The notes under the pieces are model-generated. The model made no database searches. It was not told the origin of the DNA and saw only the letters and a program-made list of their open reading frames with translations. This document shows, in pieces, positions 17,032 to 26,020 of a DNA stretch of 28,503 nucleotides (its first letter is position 1; every line of letters starts with the position of its first letter). The stretch is from assembly GCA_050950285.1 (NCBI GenBank), contig JBMNHG010000008.1, forward strand, positions 806,001 through 834,503, read 5' to 3'. This stretch comes from Kiritimatiellia bacterium (lineage in GTDB: Bacteria; Verrucomicrobiota; Kiritimatiellia; RFP12; JBMNHG01). The translations under genes and the position numbers were made by a program.

Positions 17032-18963
17032 GTGCGCCAAGCGAAGCTCGGCGCTTCTTGCGGGGTGGAAGTCCCCGCCGAGTAAGGACCAGCCATCCAC
17101 TCGTACCGAGTGTTGGCACTATGGAAGAGGAGTCGAATCCGAATGAAGTAGTGTAAGCGTACACAGGGAACTTCGCAGGCCGCAGGGAGGATGCACCCTC
17201 CCGAAGCGGTTCAGCCCCGTTAATTGATCATGCGCAGGGCGACATGTTTGCCTACATGGAAGCCAGCAACAAGAACGCGCAACTGGCTTGCGTCCGGTGA
17301 CTGCGCCGGGGTCTACGGCGCGCGGCATGCGGAGAGAGAAGCGAACGGGAACTTGGGAGACCCGCCGCCGTCCGCGTCCGCGAGGGCGCGGTAGCGGCCG
17401 CCGAGCCGGAAGGGAAGGCGGCGCGACGCGGCGGCGGGAGTCAGACCGCCCCATAGTACTCCGGGACGGGCGAGCCGATCACACGGGGAAGGGGGCGGCG
17501 GGGCTGCGAAGCCCGCAAAGGGAACAGGAAAGATGGACACGACAGGCTGTCAAACACTGCAAACCTCACTGCGGGGAATAGCGGATCGGGCGCGACGCGA
17601 CCCGAAGGCGCGATTCCGCGACGTGTACAGGCTGCTCAACGAGGCGAACCTGCGCGAATGCTTCCGGGCGCTCCGCAAGGACGCCGCGCCGGGGGTTGAC
17701 CGGGTGACGTTCGACGACTACGAACGCGACCTCGACGCCAACCTCGCGGCGCTGGTCGAGCGGCTCAAGCACAAGCGGTACCACGCCCGACTGGTGCGCA
17801 GGGTGAACATTCCGAAGGGGGGCGGGAAACTGCGTCCCCTCGGAATCCCTGCGCTGGAGGACAAACTTCTGCAAATGGCCGTGGCGAAGGTGCTCACGGC
17901 GATCTACGAAGAGGACTTCCTGCCGGCGAGCCGGGGCTACCGTCCCGGCGGCGACGCCCGCGAGGCCAGCCGCGAATGGGCGGCGAGGCTCGGCGGGGGG
18001 AGCTATGCGTGGGTGGTCGATGCGGACATCAAGGGCTTCTTCGAGCACGTCGATCACGACTGGATGCTCAGGATGCTGGAGCTTCGCATCGACGACAAGC
18101 CGTTTCTGCGGCTGGTGCGCAAATGGCTCAAGGCGGGGGTGCTCGAAACGGACGGACGGGTGCTGCATCCGACGGAGGGGACGCCCCAAGGCGGGGTGGT
18201 CTCGCCGGTGCTGGCGAACGTCTACCTGCACTACGCGCTGGATCTCTGGTTCGACCGCGTGGTCAGGAGGACGACGTCGGGCCGCTGTGTGATGCTGCGC
18301 TACGCCGACGACTTCGTGGTCGCCTTCGAGCGGCGCGAGGACGCGGAACGCTTCCTTGGGGAACTGCCCGGGCGACTGGGCAAGTTCGGCCTGGAGCTGT
18401 CGGGGGAGAAGACGCGGCTGGTGCGCTTCGAGCGGGGCAACCCGTCGGGCGACAACGGCGGCTTCGACTTCCTGGGGTTCCAGTACCACTGGGAGCGTAC
18501 GCGAAACGGACGCTGGAAGGTGCAGCGCCGGACGGCTCCGAGCCGTCTCCGGCGGTCGGTGGAACGCTTCGCCGAGTGGATCAAGGCCAACCGGGGCGAA
18601 CGCCTGCCCGTTCTCATGGAACGGCTGGGGCGCAAGCTCGCGGGGTACTGGCAGTACTACGGCGTGACGGGCAACGGGCGCAGCCTGTGCAAGTTCTGGA
18701 GGCAGGTGGTGGCTGGGCTCTACAAGTGGCTCAACCGCAGAAGCCAGAAGCGGGGCTTGACCTGGGTCCGTCTCAATGCGATCCTCAAGCGCCACGGGGT
18801 GCCGGGACCGCGGATCACCGAGAGCGGGCAGATGCTGTTTTCCTTCATGGGGGCGCGTTGAAGACCGAGTGCAAAGCGAGCAGTCCCGAAGAGCCCGGTG
18901 CGGGAATTCCGCACGCCGGGATCCGTGCGGGGGGCGCCCGGCAACGGGCGTCCCTACCGCGAT
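17032..18963 (+). mobile_element. Group II intron copy 3, 1932 nt, intact ORF, directly abutting copy 2
   Basis: Junction ...CTACCGCGAT|GTGCGCCAAG at 17031/17032. Domain V/VI at ~18891-18963. Confidence 0.95.
17533..18861 (+). CDS. ltrA: Group II intron reverse transcriptase/maturase (442 aa, no endonuclease domain)
   Basis: AAPGVD (RT0), RRVNIPKGGGKLRPLGIP, DADIKGFFEHVDH, GTPQGGVVSPVLANVYLH, RYADDF, FDFLGF, and thumb domain GYWQYY...WLNRRS. No HNH domain at the C-terminus. Confidence 0.96.
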   Translation: MDTTGCQTLQTSLRGIADRARRDPKARFRDVYRLLNEANLRECFRALRKDAAPGVDRVTFDDYERDLDANLAALVERLKHKRYHARLVRRVNIPKGGGKLRPLGIPALEDKLLQMAVAKVLTAIYEEDFLPASRGYRPGGDAREASREWAARLGGGSYAWVVDADIKGFFEHVDHDWMLRMLELRIDDKPFLRLVRKWLKAGVLETDGRVLHPTEGTPQGGVVSPVLANVYLHYALDLWFDRVVRRTTSGRCVMLRYADDFVVAFERREDAERFLGELPGRLGKFGLELSGEKTRLVRFERGNPSGDNGGFDFLGFQYHWERTRNGRWKVQRRTAPSRLRRSVERFAEWIKANRGERLPVLMERLGRKLAGYWQYYGVTGNGRSLCKFWRQVVAGLYKWLNRRSQKRGLTWVRLNAILKRHGVPGPRITESGQMLFSFMGAR

Positions 18964-18990
18964 TCCTCGTCCTCGAGACCGCCGGAAGAG

Positions 18991-19044
18991 TCGACAGGTG
19001 TCGATAGGTATCGACAGGTATCGACGGGAACGATAGATTCGATC
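18991..19044. repeat. 10-bp tandem repeat (TCGACAGGTA-like, 4-5 degenerate units)
   Basis: tcgacaggtg tcgataggta tcgacaggta tcgacgggaa. Confidence 0.7.
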
Positions 19045-19173
19045 AAGCCCACAGTGTGGCGCGGACATTCCTGTCTGCGCGGGTAGGCAAGCGTCGGCTT
19101 GCCTGCGGCCCCGCGGACGAGCAGACGCTCGTCCCTCCCGTGGCTGCGGCCTTGGCGCTTAGCTTGGCACCCT

Positions 19174-19648
19174 GCGTGCGGCTAGCCGGGACGGCGTCGC
19201 CCCACCACGCTGTCGCGCCGGCGTATCGGCTTTTCGCGTATTTCGCGGTTAAATAAGAGCCCCTTTGACGTTTCCGGCGCCTTGTCATTTTCCTCATCTG
19301 CGCGGGCCAGGTCCCGCGGTAGAAAGCGCGGCCGGGTCCGCGCACTCAAAACCGCTTGCGCACGTAGTGCGCCACGCGGGGTGACCGCACAAGCCGTATT
19401 TGCATCAGCACCAACACCTTGCCTGGCATACGTGGCGTCCCCGCCGCGTGGCCACCCCATCCCGCACGCGGCGGAGTCGCCGCGTCGATCATCCCCCCTT
19501 TTACACTCTTCGATCATACGACTGAGTCGTATGATCAACATGCGAGAGGAAAAGAGGGCAGGCATAGCCAACTGGCGGCACAGTACCCCGCGTGCGGCTA
19601 GCCGGGATCCTACTTCGCTAAAGCTTCGTAGGACAAGCGGCGTCGCCC
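19174..19648. repeat. Two copies of a REP-like 29-bp unit, the second interrupted by a 30-bp hairpin element
   Basis: GCGTGCGGCTAGCCGGGA|CGGCGTCGCCC at 19174-19202. The same sequence occurs at 19590-19648 with TCCTACTTCGCTAAAGCTTCGTAGGACAAG inserted at 19608-19637. Confidence 0.7.
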
Positions 19649-19685
19649 TGTGCTGGCGCGCTTTTGCAAGTTCACCCCAAACACT

Positions 19686-19739
19686 CGACCCCCATCGACC
19701 CCCATCGACCCCAGGCGACCCCCGTCGACCCCCATCGAA
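19686..19739. repeat. 10-bp tandem repeat (CCCCATCGAC, ~5 units)
   Basis: tcgac ccccatcgac ccccatcgac cccaggcgac ccccgtcgac ccccatcgaa. Confidence 0.8.
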
Positions 19740-19842
19740 GCTTGCAATCAACGCCCTCGACGCTCGTCGCCACTGCCTGCTGCCTCCCCTCCCCCCGCCA
19801 CGCACCAAAACCAGCGCCTTCCCCGGCATTACCGCTAACCAA

Positions 19843-20190
19843 AACAATCATGCAATCATGGAATCCTGTCAAAAAAATACCCGTCGCAGCATCCGCGTTG
19901 CGAATGATTCCGCGCGAAGCATTCCGCGCCATCCGCGAAATCCGTAGCTGAAAACCAGTCGCAGCCACCGCATCGCGAATGAGCCAGCGCGAAACTCCCC
20001 CTACCTCATCCGCCCCGCACCGAAACCAACGCCATCCCCGCCTTACCACCTAAAAGAACAATCATGCAATCCTGTAATCCTGCTAATATGCGCCCGCGCA
20101 GCGGGAAATCCTGTCAAAAAAATCACCAGTCGCAGCTCCGGCAGCGCGAATGATCCGGCGCGAAGCATTCCGCGCCATCCGCGAAATCGG
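19843..20190. repeat. Imperfect direct repeat of ~105-135 bp
   Basis: 19843-19944 and 20057-20190 share AACAATCATGCAATC, AATCCTGTCAAAAAAAT, GTCGCAGC, GCGAATGAT and GCGCGAAGCATTCCGCGCCATCCGCGAAATC. Confidence 0.75.
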
Positions 20191-20193
20191 TGA

Positions 20194-23100
20194 TTATGGC
20201 GGTGACGATGAAATACGGAAGAATTGTCTGGGCTGCCCTGCGGGCATGGCGACGGAGGCTTCATACAGGAAAACCCCATTCTCTTCACCAGTTTCCTGGA
20301 TCGTTGCATCCGCAACGCGCCAAACCGGATCGTTGAGGTCGTCTTTCGTGTACACAAGATAGGGGATTCCGCGCTCTCCCCAGAAAGAGAACTTGAATGT
20401 AATGCCGTCGGCGGATGTGGAAACCATATCCGGCGCAACGACCGGCATGGGGACATCGCCAATCCAAACGATATCATCAACCCATGCTGCGTCCGTGCTA
20501 CTGGCCACCGACCCGTTCTTGACGTACTCCCATCGCAATACGTTGGTAACACCTGCGTTCTCAACCCTGTTCGATACCCATGTCCATGGGGTCTTGGTGC
20601 CGGAGATCGAGGAAACCAGCACCCCATTTACAAGAAACCGCAGGTGATCGTTAACTTCGCTGACAGTTTTCCACCAGAATGTGATGGAACCGCTGCCATA
20701 TACCTCTGTTTCGAAAGCTGTAAAACCGTTGTCGGGCACTACACCGGAGCCCCCCAGCTTGACAGCCGCATTCCCCGAGGGCGCACCCGCCGCTGTATCG
20801 GCGGAAATGCCGTTCTCGATGCCGCTTTGGGTGTAGGTGCGCCCATAGGAACCGGAGACACGCGCGATCGAATCGCGGTAGGTGGCGGTCAGGGTGCTGG
20901 CCGCTGTCGGCATGGTCAGTGTCGTTGTGCTAGACGAGGCGTCCTCAAGGAATGCCGCTGCGTCGCCGGTCCAGGCCGCGAATTCCATGTAGAGCGGATC
21001 GGGAGCGGCCTTTACCGTCACGACGGAACCCTCGGGGTGCCAGCCGCTGCCGGATCCATTATTGACCGTCAACGGAACAGAATATGTCGCCGTGATGGAG
21101 ATTGGAACGCCGAGCATCGTCACCGTCGTCGTCGCAGAGGCGGCGGACACGACGAAAGCCACATCGCCCGTCCAGCGGTAGAACCGCTTGCCGGGGATAT
21201 CCGGTGCCGAGACAACGACCTGGCTGTTGTAGGGATACTCGCCGCTGCCATTGCCGCCCAGGACGGTCAGGGGATAGAGGATAGGCTTGTAGGTCGCGGC
21301 CAAAACCACGTTGGTAGGCGGCATGACCAGCACCGTGCTGGCGGAGAGGGTGTCCGCCACGCCGTTCGTGTCTCCCGTCCAGCGGTCGAACTCGTAGTAC
21401 GGCGCAGATGCATCGGCGGAGATCGCCACGGGGCTGCCGTTCGTGTGCCAGCCGTCGCCGGTGCCTGCCTCGACGGTCAGGGAGAACTTAGGAGTCCAGG
21501 TAATCGCGTCAACCCACCCGGCATCATCGCCGACGTACTCGCCAATTGGATCCTTCTCATACTCCCACCTGAAGGTATGCGCCGTTTCGGCTTCGCCGAA
21601 CACCTCGACCGAAACGAGAATCCAGCCAGTTCCTGTTCCGGAAATCTGGTTGGTGGCGCCCGCCCCGACTTCGTGGAAACTCAAAACATCGTAATCCAAT
21701 TCGCTGGAGACCTTCCAGTCGAAGCCCAGAAAGCCCGGGCCTGTGACCGACCATTCGATGCCGGCCATTTCCCCGTCATCAAGCAGCCCGATACCGCCGA
21801 GTTTCATGGACGAGCCGCCATCCCCGGAGTGCTCGTCAGACGGATTCACTGCGGAACTAATTCCAACTGGAACAATGGTTGCGAAGCTGGCGTGAATGGT
21901 CTGGTTGCTGGTCACGCTTACAAAGCTGTACTCGCTTACTGAGCCGACGGAAACGCCGTTTACGAGCACATCAATATGGTAGAAATTCGGATCGGGAAGG
22001 ATCATGAAATTGGTGCTGGCACCATGGGCAACCGTTATCGTGCCGGCTGGCATGATACTGCCGCCCGGGCTGGATGTGGCTGTGATTTCATGCACCCAGG
22101 GCGCCGTTGGACAGTCGCAATAGTAGGCATCCCAGCCGGTGGTGCCGAGGATGTGATAAACGGTGGTCGGGCAGGAATCAAACACCCAGTAACCGTGTGT
22201 TGGGGCGTTGCCAGCGAAAAAGACGCTGGTCAGGGAGGTGCAGTTGCGGAACGCGTAGTTGCCGATGGTGGTGACGCTGCCGGGGATCGTCACGCTGGTC
22301 AGGGAGGTGCAGCCGGAGAACGCGTCGTAGCCGATGGTTGTAATGCTGTCGGGGATCGTTACGTCGGCCAGTGAGGTGCAGTTCCAGAACGCCGAGGAAC
22401 CGATATTGGTGACGCTATTGGGGATCGTCACGCCGGCCAGTGAGGTGCAGTAGTAGAACGCGCAGTCGCCGATGGTGGTGACGCTGTCGGGGATCGTCAC
22501 GCTGGCCATGGAGGTGCAGCGGGAGAACGCGTAATCGCTGATGTTGGTGACGCCGCTGCAGATCGCCACGCTGGTCAGGGATGTGCAGCCAGAGAACGCA
22601 GAGCCGCCGATGGCAGTGACGCTGTCGGGGATCGTGTAGGCACCGGTCTTACCTCTTGGGCAAAAAATGAGGGTGGTTTGCTCCTTGTTGAACAACACCC
22701 CTTCCAGACTGCTGTAATTGGGGTTTGCGGAAGAGACGGTGATGTTGGTCAGGGATGTGCAACCGTAGAACGCCCCGTCGCCGATGGTGGTGACGCTATC
22801 GGGGAGCGTCACGCTGCTCAGGGCGGTACAGTTGCAGAACGCACTGTCGCCGATGGTGGTGACGTTGTCGGGAATCGTGTAGGCGCCGATCCTGCCGCCG
22901 GGACATTGGATTAGGATGGTTTGCTCCTTGTTGAACAACACCCCTTCAAGACTGCTGTAATTGGGGTTTGCGGAAGCGACGGTGATGTTGGTCAGGGAGA
23001 TGCAACTGGAGAACGCAGAGGAACCGATGTTGGTGACGCTGTCGGGGAGCGTCACGCTGCTCAGGGCGGTACAGTTGCAGAACGCACTGTCGCCGATGGT

Positions 23101-23990
23101 GGTGGCTCCGCTCCCGATCGTCACGCTGGCCAAGGAACCGCAGTTCCAGAATGCCGAGGAACCGATATTGGTGACGCTGTTTGGGATCGTCAAGCTGCTC
23201 AGGGATGTGCAGCCGATGAACGCGTATTTCCCGATGTTGGTGACGCTGTCGGGAATCGTCACGCTGACTAGGGAGGAGCAGCACCAGAACGCGTGGTCGA
23301 TGATGTTGGTGACGCTGTCGGGAATCGTCACGCTGGTCAGTTTGGTGCAGAGGTGGAACGCGGAGGAGCCGATATTGGTGACGCTGTCGGGGATCGTGTA
23401 CGCGCCGGTCTTACCTCTGGGGCAAAAAATGAGGGTGGTATGCTCTTTATTGAACAGAACTCCGTCTATACTGCTGTAGTTGAGGTTTGCGGCAACAACG
23501 GTGATGTTGGTCATGGATGTGATGTATTCGAACATATTGTTTACGATGTTGGTGACGCTTCTGCCGATCATCACGTTGGCAAGGGAGGTGCAGCCGAATA
23601 ACGTGGAGCCGCCGATGGTGGTGACGCTGTCGCCGATCATCACGCTGGCCAGGGATGTGCAGTTTTCAAACGCCCTGTCGTCGATGGCGGTGACGTTGTC
23701 GGGGATCGTCACGCTGGTCAGGGAGGTGCAGTTGTAGAACGCCCCATAGCCGATGGTAGTGACGCCGTCGGGGATCGTCACGCTGGCCAGGGAGGTGCAG
23801 TTGTAGAACGCCTGGTCGTCGATGGTGGTGACGCTGTCGGGGATCGTCACGCTGGTCAGGGAGGTGCAGTTGAAGAATGCGCTGGAACCGATGGTGGTGA
23901 CGCTGTCGGGGATCGTCACGCTGGTCAGGGAGGTGCAGTTGTAGAACGCCCCATAGCCGATGGTGGTGACGCTGTCGCCGATCGTCACGC
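20194..23990 (-). pseudogene. BspA-like LRR_5 surface protein, 3' part (gene interrupted by IS630)
   Basis: Many 23-aa repeats CTSLTSVTIPDSVTTIGxxAF with NxNYSSxxGVLFNK inserts. These are followed by InlB B-repeat-like units (LTVxxGxGxG...FxxWTGD), two copies of a beta-sandwich (FxWKxxSE...RWEYxK...AxWVDxIxW) and a C-terminal Y..DL...W...FFRI motif. Confidence 0.9.
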
Positions 23991-23992
23991 TA

Positions 23993-25199
23993 GTGCCCTG
24001 TCCCGAAAATAGGCTTGCAAAAGTCTGGCCGGCATGCTATGATGTGCGGCATGAAAAAGAACCGGAAACCGGGGCGCCCCATATCGCTCCTTTCGCTGTC
24101 CGACGAGGATCGTGCCGAGCTGGAACGGCGGATCAAGGCGCCGACGGCGAGCAAGCGGGACAGCCTCCGCGCCTCCATCGTCCTGAAGCGGGCGGCGATG
24201 GGCCAGGCCGAGGCGGCGGAATCGCTGGGCTGCAGCGAGGCGTGCGTCTCCCGCTGGACGGCGCGGTTCCGCAGGGAGGGACTTGCCGGCCTGAAGGATG
24301 CGCCGGGTCGCGGGCGGAAGCCGTACCTCGATCCGTCGCGCGTCGAGACCGTGATCACCCGCGTGAACCGGCCGCCGAAGGGCCATGCCCGCTGGTCGGT
24401 ACGCACGATGGCGCGGGAATCCGGCGTGTCGCGCAGCAGCGTGAGCCGCATCTGGCGCGCGAACGACCTCAAGCCGCACCTGAAGAAGGGGTTCAAGCTG
24501 TCCGACGACCCGGATTTCGAGCGGAAGTTCTGGGACGTGGTCGGGCTGTATCTGGATCCGCCGGAGCGCGCTCTCGTCCTGTGCTGCGACGAGAAGAGCC
24601 AGTGCCAGGCGCTGGAACGCACGCAGCGGGCGCTTCCGCTGGTGTCCGGCCATGCGAAGACCTTCACGCACGACTACATCCGGCACGGCACGCTCACGCT
24701 TTTCGCCGCCCTGAACTATCTGGACGGCAAGGTGGTCGGGCGTCTCGGGGAGAACCACACCCACAAGGAGTGGCTGCTCTTCCTGAAGCAGATCGACCGC
24801 GAGTGCCCCGCGGGCGTGACGCTGCACCTGATCCTCGACAACTACGCCACGCACAAGAAGGAGGAAGTCACATCCTGGATGGAGAGGCGGAACGCCGCGT
24901 ACGAGAAGCGGCACGGCGTGAAACGCTTCGTCACGCACTTCACGCCGACGTCAAGCAGCTGGCTCAACCTGGTCGAGCGCTTCTTCGGCGACATCACGCA
25001 GCAGGCGCTGCTCAACGACAGCTTCGGCAGCGTCAGGGAGCTCGCGCAACGCATACTGGATTACATCGCCGCGCACAATCTGGAGCCGAAACGGTATGTC
25101 TGGAGGGCGGATGGCAGGGCGATCCTGGAAAAGATACGGCGCGCCAGACAGAAACTCGCGGAGACGCAATTAGACAACCCCATTTGCGGGACAGGGCAC
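23993..25199 (+). mobile_element. IS630-family insertion sequence (1207 bp)
   Basis: Terminal inverted repeats GTGCCCTGTCCCGAAAAT (23993-24010) and ATTTGCGGGACAGGGCAC (25182-25199) match at 17 of 18 positions. TA is duplicated at 23991-92 and 25200-01 within a CTAG target. Confidence 0.95.
24015..24043 (+). promoter_or_regulatory. Sigma70-type promoter for IS630 transposase
   Basis: TTGCAA-17 bp-TATGAT with extended -10 TG. ATG follows 7 nt later with no SD sequence. Confidence 0.6.
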
Positions 25200-25202
25200 T
25201 AG
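24051..25202 (+). CDS. IS630 family transposase
   Basis: HTH region (DAPGRGRKP, RWSVRTMA), VLCCDEKSQCQAL, HDYIRHGT, ILDNYATHK, HFTPTSSSWLNLVERFF. The stop TAG is formed by the duplicated TA target. Confidence 0.95.
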   Translation: MKKNRKPGRPISLLSLSDEDRAELERRIKAPTASKRDSLRASIVLKRAAMGQAEAAESLGCSEACVSRWTARFRREGLAGLKDAPGRGRKPYLDPSRVETVITRVNRPPKGHARWSVRTMARESGVSRSSVSRIWRANDLKPHLKKGFKLSDDPDFERKFWDVVGLYLDPPERALVLCCDEKSQCQALERTQRALPLVSGHAKTFTHDYIRHGTLTLFAALNYLDGKVVGRLGENHTHKEWLLFLKQIDRECPAGVTLHLILDNYATHKKEEVTSWMERRNAAYEKRHGVKRFVTHFTPTSSSWLNLVERFFGDITQQALLNDSFGSVRELAQRILDYIAAHNLEPKRYVWRADGRAILEKIRRARQKLAETQLDNPICGTGH

Positions 25203-25575
25203 CCAGGGATTTGCACCAGGAGAACGCGGAGTAGCCGATGGTGGTGACGCCGCCGCCGATCGTCACGCTGGCCAGTTTGGTGCAGTGGGAGAAAGCGTCG
25301 TTGCCGATGGTGGTGACGCTGTCGGGGATCGTCACGCCGGCCAGGGATGTGCAGCGGGAGAACGCGTAGTTGCCGATGGCGGTGACGGGGCAGCCGCCGA
25401 GTTCGTTTGTGATCGCCAATGCGCCCGCATACGAGGAGCTGAAGTCGGTGATGATGGCCTTGCCGTCGGCGATGGTGTAGGTGTAGGGGCCATAGGTGTC
25501 GGCGGAGGCGTTCGAGGGCGCGAGAATCGAGACGGCGGCAGCCATCGTCATAATCAAGAATGCAAGTTTCCTCAT
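25200..25575 (-). pseudogene. BspA-like LRR_5 surface protein, 5' part with signal peptide
   Basis: GGGAGA RBS, MRKLAFLIMTMAAAVSILAPSNASA signal peptide, then YTY...ITD...GGCPVTAIG cap and the first LRR_5 repeats. Removing the IS and one TA restores SLASVTI in frame (1390 aa). Confidence 0.9.
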
Positions 25576-25741
25576 GAGCCATCTCCCGCGGATGTGAACT
25601 ACGTCTTGCCGGTATGATGCAGGGTAGCACAACGCTTGGCGGGAAAGCAACGACAATCGACGACCGCCGACGACACCCCGCCGACGACAATCGACAACGG
25701 CGGGCAACCGGCAGATAGCCCCTGTCCCTAAAACTATGTCC

Positions 25742-25821
25742 CGCCCCTTCAGGGCTAGTCGTTCATTTGCCTATTCCCCAGGGCGTTGCCCTGGGCTGGT
25801 ATATTTCGCCCCTTCAGGGCT
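25742..25821. repeat. REP-like palindromic cluster
   Basis: CGCCCCTTCAGGGCT occurs twice, flanking the hairpin CCCAGGGCGTTGCCCTGGG. Confidence 0.7.
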
Positions 25822-26020
25822 TTCATCAACTTTGTCGCGAGCTTTGTCGGTAACTTTGTCGAAGACGAAAGATTAAGCGGGTGGAGTAAGCGTGCCGATT
25901 AAGAGTGAGATTAAGAGAGGGTTTAGACCGAAGTTCCAGCGATTCCCAACAGCCTGCTCATTCGCAAACCCTTGCAGGCAAGCATTCTACGCGCTTTCCG
26001 GCGCCATTTTCCCGTTCCGC

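Noticed and set aside
11490..18963. Diversity-generating retroelement, retron or RT-based defence system
   Set aside because: The RTs have RT0 and thumb/maturase domains and lie inside elements with GTGCG starts and domain V/VI ends. No adenine-specific TR/VR pair, avd gene or msr/msd was seen.
17566..19068. 500-aa antisense ORF over the RT
   Set aside because: Antisense shadow of a GC-rich gene.
18964..20193. CRISPR array
   Set aside because: The repeats are 8-10 bp tandem units or two-copy repeats without regular unique spacers, and there are no cas genes.
20224..21942. 572-aa plus-strand ORF
   Set aside because: Antisense to the well-supported LRR surface protein.
22230..25400. LRR repeats as DGR variable regions driven by the nearby RT
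   Set aside because: The variation is ordinary coding repeat divergence, no non-coding template copy was found, and the RT is intron-type.
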